From the NCBI GenBank assembly GCA_051294375.1, contig CM119268.1, positions 23,964,349-24,028,348 on the forward strand: DNA of 64,000 nt, written 5' to 3'. This DNA is from Paraspadella gotoi (Eukaryota > Animalia > Chaetognatha). The first letter of the stretch is position 1; each line of letters starts with the position of its first letter. Shown one piece after another: positions 1-11,682 of this stretch. A program made the translations under genes and the position numbers. The notes below the pieces were generated by a model. It saw nothing but the letters and a program-made list of their open reading frames with translations. It had not been told where the DNA came from and did no database searches.

Positions 1-1956
1 CTGCGCTGATAATTAAATCCAAAAATTATAAATATAGTAAACACGAAATTCTCTAAAGTTTAAATTTAAATTTAAAAAAATATTCACTTATAGTTAGTAT
101 AGAAAGATAATAATACAAACAAAATAATATTAACANNNNNNNNNNNNNNNNNNNNNNNNNNNNNNNNNNNNNNNNNNNNNNNNNNNNNNNNNNNNNNNNN
201 NNNNNNNNNNNNNNNNNNNNNNNNNNNNNNNNNNNNNNNNNNNNNNNNNNNNNNNNNNNNNNNNNNNNNNNNNNNNNNNNNNNNNNNNNNNNNNNNNNNN
301 NNNNNNNNNNNNNNNNNNNNNNNNNNNNNNNNNNNNNNNNNNNNNNNNNNNNNNNNNNNNNNNNNTGTTGTTTTTTTTCGATTTTTTTCTTCAAAATCGA
401 TTTTGCACAAAAGAAAAAGTTTGTTTTTCCCTCAATTGACAATTTCTTTTTGAGGACCGAGATTTAAGTTCGATACAAGGAATTCTTAACTACAGGGGAA
501 TCTAAGAGGTTGTCACACAAAAACATACAAATTATACAATTAATCAATCAATCAAGCAATCAATACATAAAGAAATATGTGAATTAATATATAAATAAAA
601 ATATCAACCATAGGATAATTATTATAATTAACAATTAAAGAAATAAGTTAATTGGTTTATTAAACAAAATAATTAATTAATTAACAAAATTGATCTATGG
701 AATTAACGTATTTTATTAATTTCACATTTCAGCTGAATTTCCTCCAGCTTGTAAAATGTTGTAGATTCTATTTTAAATTAATTATTTTAAATTAATTATT
801 TTTTCTCAATCAGTAAATTTTCTCTTTAAACAACATTTGTTCGTCGTCGTCGTCGTCGTCGTCGTCCTTGCCGTCTTTGTCGTTTTTCCTCCTCCTCCTC
901 CTCCTCCTCCTCCTCCTCCTCCTCCTACTCCTCTCTTCCCGGACAGGTGTGGCTTCTCAACCCAAATACAATTAAATGATTTCGCACTGGGTCAGTCAGT
1001 CTGTCAAGTCAGTCTGTCCAGTCAGTCGGTCAGTCTAACATTTAATATCTCTGTCAGTCAATGAGTCAGTCTAGTCAATCAATCAGTCTCTCAATCAGTC
1101 AATCAGTTGGGTCAGTCTCTCAGTCAGTCATTCAAGTCGGTCAGTCTTTCTCGTCAGTCAGTCTATCTCTCTACTCAGTCGAATCTTAAACTAAAGAGAA
1201 GTTCACTCGTTTTCCCTCGATGGAAATCTTATCAAAAAGCAGGTGCAAGAGAGACTGTTGAGAAAGAGAGAGAGAAAGAAGAGAGAGAGTAGAGAGAGAG
1301 AGAGACGAGAGAGAGAGAGAGAGGGAGAGAGAGAGAGAGATTGAGAGAGAGAGTGCCAGAAGGTGCGAGAAGTGAGAGCACGAGAGGGTCCAGTCAAAGA
1401 CGGTGCACCTGGGATTCGAAAACGATTTTCAATTCCATATCAAGATATTGGACTTGACATGATTGACATGAGAAGAGAATAGAAGCGAGCGGCGACAGTG
1501 AGAGGAGAGAGAGAGAAGAAGAGAGAGAGAAAGAGAAAGAGAGAAGAGAGAGAGAAGAGGAGAGAGAGAGAAAGAGAGATAAGAGGAGAGAAAGGAAAGA
1601 GAGAGAGAGAGGAGGGAGAGAGAAAGAGAAAAGAGAGAGAGGAAGAGAGAAGAGAGAGGGAGGAGAGAAAGAGAAAGAGAGAGAGAGAGAGAGACCAAAC
1701 AGGACAGACGAATCTTGGGACACGACAAATACTAAAACATTGTCCAAAAGCGGGAAAGCGTAAAACATTTAAAGAAAAAAGTAATTATTGTTCTAAAAAG
1801 ATTATTTTCTCCTAATGAGCACAATTACATTCTCCCCGGTCAAATTAGAATTCATTAAGACTCAAAAATCCCTCCTGTTTAAAAATTCAATTTTCTGGAG
1901 ACGAAAAAGAGAGAGAAAATGAAATATAATTAAATTAGGCCATTTTTCATTCTTTT

Positions 1957-2004
<48 letters not shown>

Positions 2005-2569
2005 TATTTATTTATTTCTTCTTTATTTCTTTCTTTATTTATTTCTTTTTTTTACTTCTGTCTTTCTTTCTTTCTAATTTTTATACATTTACTTTCTCTC
2101 TCTCTCTTGTCTCGGTGATTGTTAAATGTTTTTTCTTAATTTTTACTTTTTTTCATTTTTCAACAGAAAAAAAATATAAAAAAGTTCCGTTGATGAAAAC
2201 CGATGATAATTATNNNNNNNNNNNNNNNNNNNNNNNNNNNNNNNNNNNNNNNNNNNNNNNNNNNNNNNNNNNNNNNNNNNNNNNNNNNNNNNNNNNNNNN
2301 NNNNNNNNNNNNNNNNNNNNNNNNNNNNNNNNNNNNNNNNNNNNNNNNNNNNNNNNNNNNNNNNNNNNNNNNNNNNNNNNNNNNNNNNNNNNNNNNNNNN
2401 NNNNNNNNNNNNNNNNNNNNNNNNNNNNNNNNNNNNNNNNNNNNNNNNNNNNNNNNNNNNNNNNNNNNNNNNNNNNNNNNNAGAGAGACATAAAGAGAGA
2501 AAAAGCAATACGTAGAGATAACTGAGTGTAAGAAAGCGACTTTGCTAACATATTAAGTTTGACAAAAAA

Positions 2570-2625
<56 letters not shown>

Positions 2626-3526
2626 GTGAATGAATGGATGAATGAATGAAAGAATGAAAGAAAAAAGAAAAAGTTCTGTCCCCAAATTTTTTTACCACTT
2701 TCCTCAGGTTTACTATAGTCTCACTTTGGCTTTTAGTTAGCCTTAAGTTGGCCCTAACTTTGGCCTCAGGTTGCTCTTACTTTGGCCTCAACTTCAATCG
2801 TTTTTCCGCCCGAAAGAAAAAAGANNNNNNNNNNNNNNNNNNNNNNNNNNNNNNNNNNNNNNNNNNNNNNNNNNNNNNNNNNNNNNNNNNNNNNNNNNNN
2901 NNNNNNNNNNNNNNNNNNNNNNNNNNNNNNNNNNNNNNNNNNNNNNNNNNNNNNNNNNNNNNNNNNNNNNNNNNNNNNNNNNNNNNNNNNNNNNNNNNNN
3001 NNNNNNNNNNNNNNNNNNNNNNNNNNNNNNNNNNNNNNNNNNNNNNNNNNNNNNNNNNNNNNNNNNNNNNNNNNNNNNNNNNNNNNNNNNNNNTTTTCCA
3101 CTCTCTCTCCCGCATGGCGTTCACACGTCGACGGAATAAAACGCTTTTTCCAACGAATCCACATCCTTTTTCTATTGTGTTGCAAAAACCCTTCGACCTG
3201 TCGTTGTTGTTGTTATTGTTTTTATAATCGTCGTCGTCGTCGTCGTTGTCGTCGTCGTCATTTTCTTTTTCCACTTCGACATTGTTACATTGTTGCCTTT
3301 TTTCTAATTCAGACGAAACTAAATATTGTAAATAGTTAAGGATTTGTTGGATTAGATAATAAGAGATTATAACAGATGATAATTATTAGTAAGCTAATTG
3401 GTCAATACCGATTCCGACCAATCATGATTCCATGATTCCAATTCTGCGGGATTCATCCGCCTTCGATTCGTTTTGCCTTTGGTTGGGTTGATTCTCCTAC
3501 GATGATAGTATAGTATTTTATAGTAT

Positions 3527-3712
3527 ACTGGGAGTCAATAAACGAGACTGTGAGAGAGTCTTGATTGAAAGCTTGCAGGGACCTGCTATGTCATTATCTT
3601 GTAATAGTGATGGAGGCCTTAAACCATCAAAGCTTGTCCAAAGTCAGGGGCAAGATAGCTTATTTATAAAATGAATGTATAATTTTATATTGGTTATACG
3701 AATTTCCAATAA
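3527..3712 (+). mobile_element. 3' half of the ~300-bp terminally redundant repeat
   Basis: AATAAACGAGACTGTGAGAGAGTCTTGATTGAAAGCTTGCAGGGACCTGCTATGTCATTATCTTG...GTCCAAAGTCAGGGGCAAGATAGCTTATT is the reverse complement of 39494-39635. Confidence 0.75.
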
Positions 3713-4125
3713 GCAAGATTGATTTTAATATTTTTTAGACGAAACAACGCGCTATAAATATCGTTTCCATGGCAACGAATATTGNNNNNNNNNNNNNNNN
3801 NNNNNNNNNNNNNNNNNNNNNNNNNNNNNNNNNNNNNNNNNNNNNNNNNNNNNNNNNNNNNNNNNNNNNNNNNNNNNNNNNNNNNNNNNNNNNNNNNNNN
3901 NNNNNNNNNNNNNNNNNNNNNNNNNNNNNNNNNNNNNNNNNNNNNNNNNNNNNNNNNNNNNNNNNNNNNNNNNNNNNNNNNNNNNNNNNNNNNNNNNNNN
4001 NNNNNNNNNNNNNNNNNNNNNNNNNNNNNNNNNNNATCGAAGCCGACGGGAAAATATCTACGGGTGACGCATAAAGGAATCTCGATTGTAAAGTGAATTG
4101 AATGAGATACGTGAATAGTAGAGTA

Positions 4126-4164
<39 letters not shown>

Positions 4165-4172
4165 AGAGAGAG

Positions 4173-4227
<55 letters not shown>

Positions 4228-4319
4228 GAGAAGAGAGAAGAGAGGAAGCGTGACTGTAGCGAGGGGGAAGGGTCTGAAATAAAGAATTACTGGCGAGGTC
4301 AAAGGCGGACCTTCACAAT

Positions 4320-4357
<38 letters not shown>

Positions 4358-4415
4358 AACGAATTCAATTTTCGGTCTGTCTGTCTGTCTGTCGTTACCT
4401 ATCGCTTCTTTTTAC

Positions 4416-4498
4416 TTATGAAATTGGTACAACCAATATAAAAATTATCCATTCATTTAATAAATAAGCTATCTTGCCCCTGACTTTGGACAGGCTAT
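4416..4498 (-). mobile_element. Solo terminal repeat of the ~300-bp family
   Basis: Reverse complement reads AGCCTGTCCAAAGTCAGGGGCAAGATAGCTTATTTATTAAATGAATGGATAATTTTTATATTGGTTGTACCAATTTCATAA. Confidence 0.7.
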
Positions 4499-5387
4499 AT
4501 TTGAATATGTTCTTATTAATAAATATTTAAAAAAATATGCGATATAAATATGTAGAATCTACATATTACATTGTAGATACTTTGTGAATAAACAGTTTTG
4601 GTGCAGATTATTCTCTATTATTCTATTATTCCCTCTATTAAATTCACTATTTGGTCTCATGATCTTTAAAATATGCGGTATCATACAAATTAAAGTACTG
4701 AATCATACTCAATTATGATATACGCGTTTTACACAAGCTTAGTATGTATTTGCGTAGTCACTTATAAGAATAGTATTCTGACTAAAAATTTAATCCACCT
4801 AATTCATGTACATAATATATCATTTTTTCAATTATTTCTCAGCAGAAGATTGATCGTCATATATTATAAAATGCTTTTATACACTTATCGTTAAGTGATT
4901 TTTTTGTATGTAGAGAGAAAGAAATGTATAAAGTAATAAGTAATGGTATAAAAATAAATGAAATGATATCAATTATAGTTTGTGTTTTGACTTTTTTTTC
5001 AAATCTTTCGCGTCAAGTTTTTCTCAAACTGATTCTTTTTCAAGATTTCAAAATCATTTCAAGTTGAAAAAATGTTTAGTGGAATTTCCCTTTTATTTTC
5101 TTTTCTTTTCTTTTCTTTTCTTTTGTTCTTCTCTTTTTTTTCTACTGAACAAATAATCGTCGACAAGAGAAAAGAATTTTGTCTTCTGTCAAAGTCATCT
5201 TCATCATCGTCGTCGTCGTCGTCATCGTTGTCGTCGTCGTTGTCGTCGTCATCTTGTTTTCTTCATCTTTGTCGACTTAGTTCTTTGTTTTTGTCATCAT
5301 TTTTATCATCATTTTATAATCCTTATCCATTTAATTAGCATAATTCCATCATTGTAGTTCGAGTCTGAATAGCGGTGGTTACTAATG

Positions 5388-5640
<253 letters not shown>

Positions 5641-5805
5641 TTGTTTCCATGGCGACCGCATTTTTTCACTGACTTCGATTTTTTCACTTTTTTCTTCCAA
5701 ATCTTTTCTTTCTTTCTTTTTTTCTTTGTTTTTTCTTTATTTACATTTTTCTTCTCAGTTTCAAAGTCATTGATTTACTTTTTTCGCTTCCCACCGATTT
5801 TGACA

Positions 5806-5864
<59 letters not shown>

Positions 5865-6139
5865 TTATTCTTTTATTTAACTCTTTTAATTTTCTTTTTA
5901 TTCTTTTTTTTTTGTTTACTTTTTGAGTTTAACTTTTTTCTTCTTTTTTTTTGGGGGGGGGGTTTGAAGAAAAAAAAAGGAAATAAAAGGAAAATGTTTT
6001 TTCGAGCCAAATTACACCTGATCAAAGAGAAAGAGAAAAAGAGAGAAGAATTTTGGGAAAATATTTATGGAAACATGACATAAGATAACATAACATAACA
6101 TGAGATAGCATAAAATAACACAACATTACATAACATAAC

Positions 6140-6316
6140 ATAGCCTGTCTAAAGTCAGGGGCAAGACAGCCTATTTATTAAATGAATGGATAGATTGTAC
6201 CAATTTCATAAAATTCAGCTCCTTGTATTTTGATGCTAGTGCGGAGTTTCTGCTCTGTCATTATCTTGTAAGATGTAAGATGGAGGCCTTAAACCACAAT
6301 AAGAGGTCTAAAGTCA
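6140..6316 (+). mobile_element. Internally deleted copy of the ~300-bp family
   Basis: Begins AGCCTGTCTAAAGTCAGGGGCAAG, jumps from GATGCTAGTG to TGTCATTATCTTG, and ends again in GTCTAAAGTCA. Preceded by an (ATAAC)n tract. Confidence 0.7.
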
Positions 6317-6654
6317 TGTAAGGATATTGCGTGATTTTTACATTCATTGTACTTGTACCAATATCAAAAGATAAAAGGAAAATGGCCTTTCAATGTAATT
6401 AAAACAATTCATAGAAATATCATAGAACTTGATTGATAAAGAAGCCAGCTGCTCTGGGAGTGAAGGTGACTGTGAGAAAGTCTTGATGTTATGTTATCTT
6501 GTAAAAAGGATGGAGGACTAAAACCGTCAGAGCTTGCCTTAAGTTAGATTAATTCTAATATTGTTTTTACTAATTTCATCTAATTTCATATAATTTTTTT
6601 TTAAAATAAGAAAATGTGTTTGGCTGAAAACTTTTTGTTCGGTTGTAAAAAGAG

Positions 6655-7426
6655 TTTTTAGTCGGATCTGCTTATCAGCAGATCCCGACTCTATAATTCA
6701 CTTTGTCGGTTCGTCGGTCCGCCCCCTTAATATTGTCGGGCATTCACTTACATCATGTCAGAACATCGAATTATGATAAATTATGCAAAAATACAATGTC
6801 CGTCCGTCCGTCTGTCTGTCCGTCCGTCCGAACGTCTGTCCGTCCGTCCGTCCTCCCACCTTAGCAAAAAACTCCAATTACTCGTGATTGGATGGATGGG
6901 ATTTGAATGAAATTTTGTATGTGGAGTAGGAAGTGTGTGATTGAAGCTGGATATGAAGTTTTCGATGGAATCGTCCAAGTGGAAATGAGTTTAAATTGAA
7001 AAAACAAAAAAATATATTTCACTATTGAACACCAATTGCTCATGAGTGGATGGGCAATTGACTTGAAATTTTGTATGCTGGGTAGTAAAGTGTGTGATTA
7101 AACTGGAAATCAAGTTTGATGGAATCGTTTAAGTGAAATGAGTTTAAATGAAAAAAAAAAAAAAACAAACCTGTTTAACTAATTGATTATGCTTCTTTTT
7201 CCTTTTATATTAAATGTAAATGCCAGGATGTATTTAATTAATTCAATCAAGTCAATCGTTATCGGCATTATTCTCATCGTCGTCATTGCTTTTGTCCTGT
7301 GTTAGTAACGAAAAGACCTAAAAAACAACAATTGGATCAAATATTTATTAATTAACTTGAATAATTTAATTATAATTAATTAATTAATAACGTGGGCAGA
7401 TCCGATATTGTTTGCTCAAACTTGTT
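6655..7426 (+). mobile_element. Complete Helentron-associated non-autonomous element (HINE/DINE-1-like), family 1
   Basis: 5' T-run, palindrome AGTCGGATCTGCT-tatc-AGCAGATCCCGACT (6660-6690), (TCCG/TCTG)n microsatellite (~6798-6852), two ~160-bp tandem core repeats (~6870-7160), 3' subterminal inverted copy GCAGATCCGA (7396-7405), short 3' hairpin GTTTG-ct-CAAAC, ending in TT. Confidence 0.8.
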
Positions 7427-7594
7427 AAAATTGTTCCTATCATTTCTTAATAATATTGTCACAAGTTTATCACATAATTAAAACCATTTGAGAGGTGATT
7501 CTAATCACGAGTTGATCAATTATCATCTCAACTCCAGAATTTTTTTCTCTTTTATTATCTTCTTATTTCAATTTTATTTCGATATCTGGATCAA

Positions 7595-7643
<49 letters not shown>

Positions 7644-8197
7644 TCTATATCTCTCTCTTTTTCTCTCACTCACGTCCTCTTAGTTTGCTCATTGCAGTTT
7701 GCGTTAGCGATTCTCTTGTTTGCTTCTTTTTTTTCCTTTTCTGCAAATCGTTTTCGACAGTATTGCAGCTTTCGTCTCTTTGTGTTGCAAGGTTTTTCAC
7801 TGGCCGATAAATTGGAACTGTTTCATTTGCTTTGTTTTTAATTATCAAATTAGAAAACTACAATTTTTGCCATATTTTGCCCAGAATATTTTTCTCGCCA
7901 TTTTTTTTATTTTTTGCCAATTGTTTCCATTTTTTTCCATTCTTGCCATTATTTTTATTTTTTTTTATTTTTTGTCTTTTTTCATTATTAATTTATTTCA
8001 TATTTTTGGCCATATTTTGCCATTCTTGCCATTATTGCCATTTTTGCCAGACTTGCCATTATTTTTATTTTTGCAGGCTTGACATCTTTTTTTCTGACTT
8101 TGACTAAATTTCTTTCTCTTTTGCCACATTTTTGTTTTATTTTGTTGTCAAATTCAGTTTATGTTGAAATCGAGCGAAAAAAAAGCCATTGAACACT

Positions 8198-8236
<39 letters not shown>

Positions 8237-8254
8237 CTCGAAATACTTAATCAT

Positions 8255-8850
8255 TCGGTCAGTCGATTGGGTAGTCGGTCAGTCTGTCAATTTGTCAGTC
8301 GGTCGATCTGTCTGTCTGTCGATTGATCAGTTGGTCCCTTGTCGGTCGGTCCGTCGATTGGTCAGTTGTTCAGTGGGTCAGTCGGTCGGTCTGTTGATGG
8401 ATCAGTTGGTCGGTATGTCAGTCTGTCAATTGGTCAGTCGTCAGCTGGTCATCGCTGGTTAGTTGGTCAGCCGTTGTTTATCTGTTGGTTGGTCAGTGGG
8501 TTGGTCGGTCATTGGTCAGTCGGTCAGTTGATTTGTCAGTCGGTCGGTCATTGGTCAGTGAGTCAGTTGGTCATCGGCAGGTTGGTCTGTTGGTCTGTCA
8601 GTTGGTCTGTCAGTTGGTTGCTCAGTTGATTAGTTGGTCGGTCATCAGTTGGTCGTCTGTTGGTCGGTTGGTCATTGGTTGGTCGGTCCATCTGTCCATT
8701 GGTCTGTCCCACTTTAGTTTAACTCGTCCACTTTATTCTTCTTTTGTCATTTTTGATGAGAACCTGGAATCTAAGCAACGACTAACGCCACCTTTGGTTT
8801 TTTAAATAAATCGTAAAAAGAATAAAAGACGGAAATCCGATGCAAATATT
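8255..8850 (+). mobile_element. Degenerate HINE family 2 copy with an expanded GGTC/CAGT microsatellite
   Basis: A ~450-bp degenerate (GGTC/GGTT/CAGT) tract runs into CTGTCCCACTT, then AATCTAAGC..AC..CGCCACCTT and AATAAAAGACGGAA, in the same order as in 51296-51445. Confidence 0.55.
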
Positions 8851-10835
8851 AGTTGAATTCTAATTGGGAGTCACGTGATAACCTGGAAATACACGTGATA
8901 CGACTGTCACTGCGACGAAACACATTTGAAATACTTTTCTTTTTTCTTGTTGTTTTATTATTCATTTTGTATTGTGGTCTTATTTCATTTTACTTATTTT
9001 TTTTCTTTAACACATTTTTTTTTCTGTTCCTTACTTTATAGTTCTAACTTTATTACTTCATTAGTTAAAATAATTTTTATTAGTTTTATTACTTTTATAC
9101 TCTTTACTTCTCGATCTTCATTCTTTATAAATAGAGAAAGAGGTTTTTGAAATTTAAGACAGCAGAGGCGGCGGCGGCAGCAGCAGCGGCGGCGGCGGCG
9201 GCGGCGGCGGCGACGGCACGGCGACCCGGCGACCGCAATCATCCCTTTTTTTGATGACCCAAATGATAAAATCTTTTACCTTCACTTTTCTCACAGAAGT
9301 AAAGATTTCACTGAGATTTTGGTTTTCTCTCTCTCTCACTTTNNNNNNNNNNNNNNNNNNNNNNNNNNNNNNNNNNNNNNNNNNNNNNNNNNNNNNNNNN
9401 NNNNNNNNNNNNNNNNNNNNNNNNNNNNNNNNNNNNNNNNNNNNNNNNNNNNNNNNNNNNNNNNNNNNNNNNNNNNNNNNNNNNNNNNNNNNNNNNNNNN
9501 NNNNNNNNNNNNNNNNNNNNNNNNNNNNNNNNNNNNNNNNNNNNNNNNNNNNNNNNNNNNNNNNNNNNNNNNNNNNNNNNNNNNNNNNNNNNNNNNNNNN
9601 NNNNNNNNTCTCTCTCTCTCCAGTGTTTTTTACTTTCCTCTGTTGAGATTTCCTTTTCTTTTCTTTCCCTTTTGTTGCTCCTTTGGTTGTCAACTGAGGA
9701 ACAGAAATTACCAGTTAAGTGACGGAGAAAATTNNNNNNNNNNNNNNNNNNNNNNNNNNNNNNNNNNNNNNNNNNNNNNNNNNNNNNNNNNNNNNNNNNN
9801 NNNNNNNNNNNNNNNNNNNNNNNNNNNNNNNNNNNNNNNNNNNNNNNNNNNNNNNNNNNNNNNNNNNNNNNNNNNNNNNNNNNNNNNNNNNNNNNNNNNN
9901 NNNNNNNNNNNNNNNNNNNNNNNNNNNNNNNNNNNNNNNNNNNNNNNNNNNNNNNNNNNNNNNNNNNNNNNNNNNNNNNNNNNNNNNNNNNNNNNNNNNN
10001 NNNNNNNNNNNNNNNNNNNNNNNNNNNNNNNNNNNNNAGAGAGAGAGAGAGAGAGAGAGAAAAAACAAGTGACGAGTTCTTCTTTAAAAACTAAATGAAA
10101 ATAAAAAAGAAAAACTAAAAAAAGTAAAATTATAAAAAGGGCAGCGCGTGATCCGAACCGAGAGAGAGACAGAGACAGACCCGAATGGNNNNNNNNNNNN
10201 NNNNNNNNNNNNNNNNNNNNNNNNNNNNNNNNNNNNNNNNNNNNNNNNNNNNNNNNNNNNNNNNNNNNNNNNNNNNNNNNNNNNNNNNNNNNNNNNNNNN
10301 NNNNNNNNNNNNNNNNNNNNNNNNNNNNNNNNNNNNNNNNNNNNNNNNNNNNNNNNNNNNNNNNNNNNNNNNNNNNNNNNNNNNNNNNNNNNNNNNNNNN
10401 NNNNNNNNNNNNNNNNNNNNNNNNNNNNNNNNNNNNNNNNNNNNNNNNNNNNNNNNNNATATATACTTTATAATAGTTAGGAGCTAAATCATTTTAAAAA
10501 TTGATCAAATAACCCAAAATTCTATGCCACTTATGCCACTTATGCTTTAGTTATTTTTACCGAGAGGAAAGGAACCTCAAATCTAAGCGACTGCTAGCGC
10601 CACCTTTGGCAGTGCGTGTCGAACAAACACGGAAATACATGTGATAAGAAAATCACTGTAACGCAAAACACATTGGAATTTCCCTTCTTGTTTTTATGTT
10701 CCTCTTTCTTTTTCTCTTCTTTTTCTCTTTCTTTTTCTTTTTTTTTCTCTTTCTTTTTCTCTTCTCTCACTTCAGTCTCTTCCAGTCTGAACAGCAAAAG
10801 TCACGTCATTTAATCTTCTTCACTTGACATTAAAT

Positions 10836-10952
10836 TTAATCACGTGACGGAAAACAACTAATCACGTGACTGACGAGAATTAATCACGTGACTTTGTGAT
10901 GAGGAGATTTAAACCTGTTATCACGTGACCCCATGAGTTTGGGTCACGTGAT
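10836..10952. promoter_or_regulatory. Homotypic cluster of five palindromic E-boxes (ATCACGTGAC), candidate bHLH enhancer
   Basis: CACGTG at 10841, 10863, 10885, 10922 and 10945. All match ATCACGTGAC on one strand, while the spacers are unrelated in sequence. Confidence 0.55.
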
Positions 10953-11355
10953 GTCAGCCCGAGGTCGAGCGATGGATTCCATCGGCGCCGATCTGAGGTC
11001 AAAAGGAAAACTCCGTCTGCAAAAGGGACTTTTCTTATTTTTCCTCTCTATTTTCTGGCCTCTCTTTTATATCTTCTCTCCTTTCTCTTTTCTATCCTCT
11101 CTCTTTTCTCTCCTCTCTCTTCTCTCTTTTTTCCTTTCTTCTCTCTCTTTTTTTTATCCTCTCTCCTCTCTCCTCTTCTTTCCTTTTTTGTGTTTCCTTT
11201 CTCCTCTCTCTTTTCTCTCCTCTCTCCTCTCTCTTTTCTCTCCTCTCTCCTCTCTTTTCTTTTCTTTCCTCTCTCTCTTCTTTTTATCCTCTCTTTTCTT
11301 TCCTCTTCTTTCCTTTTTTTTGTCTTTCCTTTCTCCTCTCTCTTATTCATTCAAT

Positions 11356-11682
11356 AAACAAGAACGGTGATTCTAATGTGTTGCGCCGCAGTGACTTTAT
11401 TTTCATGTGTATGACATGATATGAGATGACATGACTAAAAAACTTTCTTAGCTTTGTATTTATAACATATACTGCATCGACATTTTGTCTTTTATTCCTT
11501 TTAGTTTGAGGATTTCCTGAAGGGGGCTCTAGCAGTCCCTTAGATTTGATATTTGTTTATGTCTTAACAAAAGAGCAACCAACTAAAGGGAAATTATATG
11601 CATTTTTAACGTAAGTGGGACAGACCGACGGACTGACATAGCGACCGACAGACCGACAGACCGACAAAAAGTGACTTCTAGA
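11356..11682 (-). mobile_element. HINE family 2 copy (5' palindrome missing)
   Basis: Reverse complement of the elements at 51209 and 58902: (GGTC/TGTC) microsatellite, core GTCCCACTTACGTTAAAAATGCAT, and 3' end GTCACTGCGGCGCAACACATTAGAATCACCGTTCTTGTTT. Confidence 0.75.

Noticed and set aside
3605-3660. SECIS-like GTGA...AAA hairpin, or a hammerhead/pistol ribozyme, in the ~300-bp repeat
   Set aside because: The 3' GA of the SECIS core is missing, there is no CTGANGA/GAAA hammerhead core, and no pistol pseudoknot can be formed.
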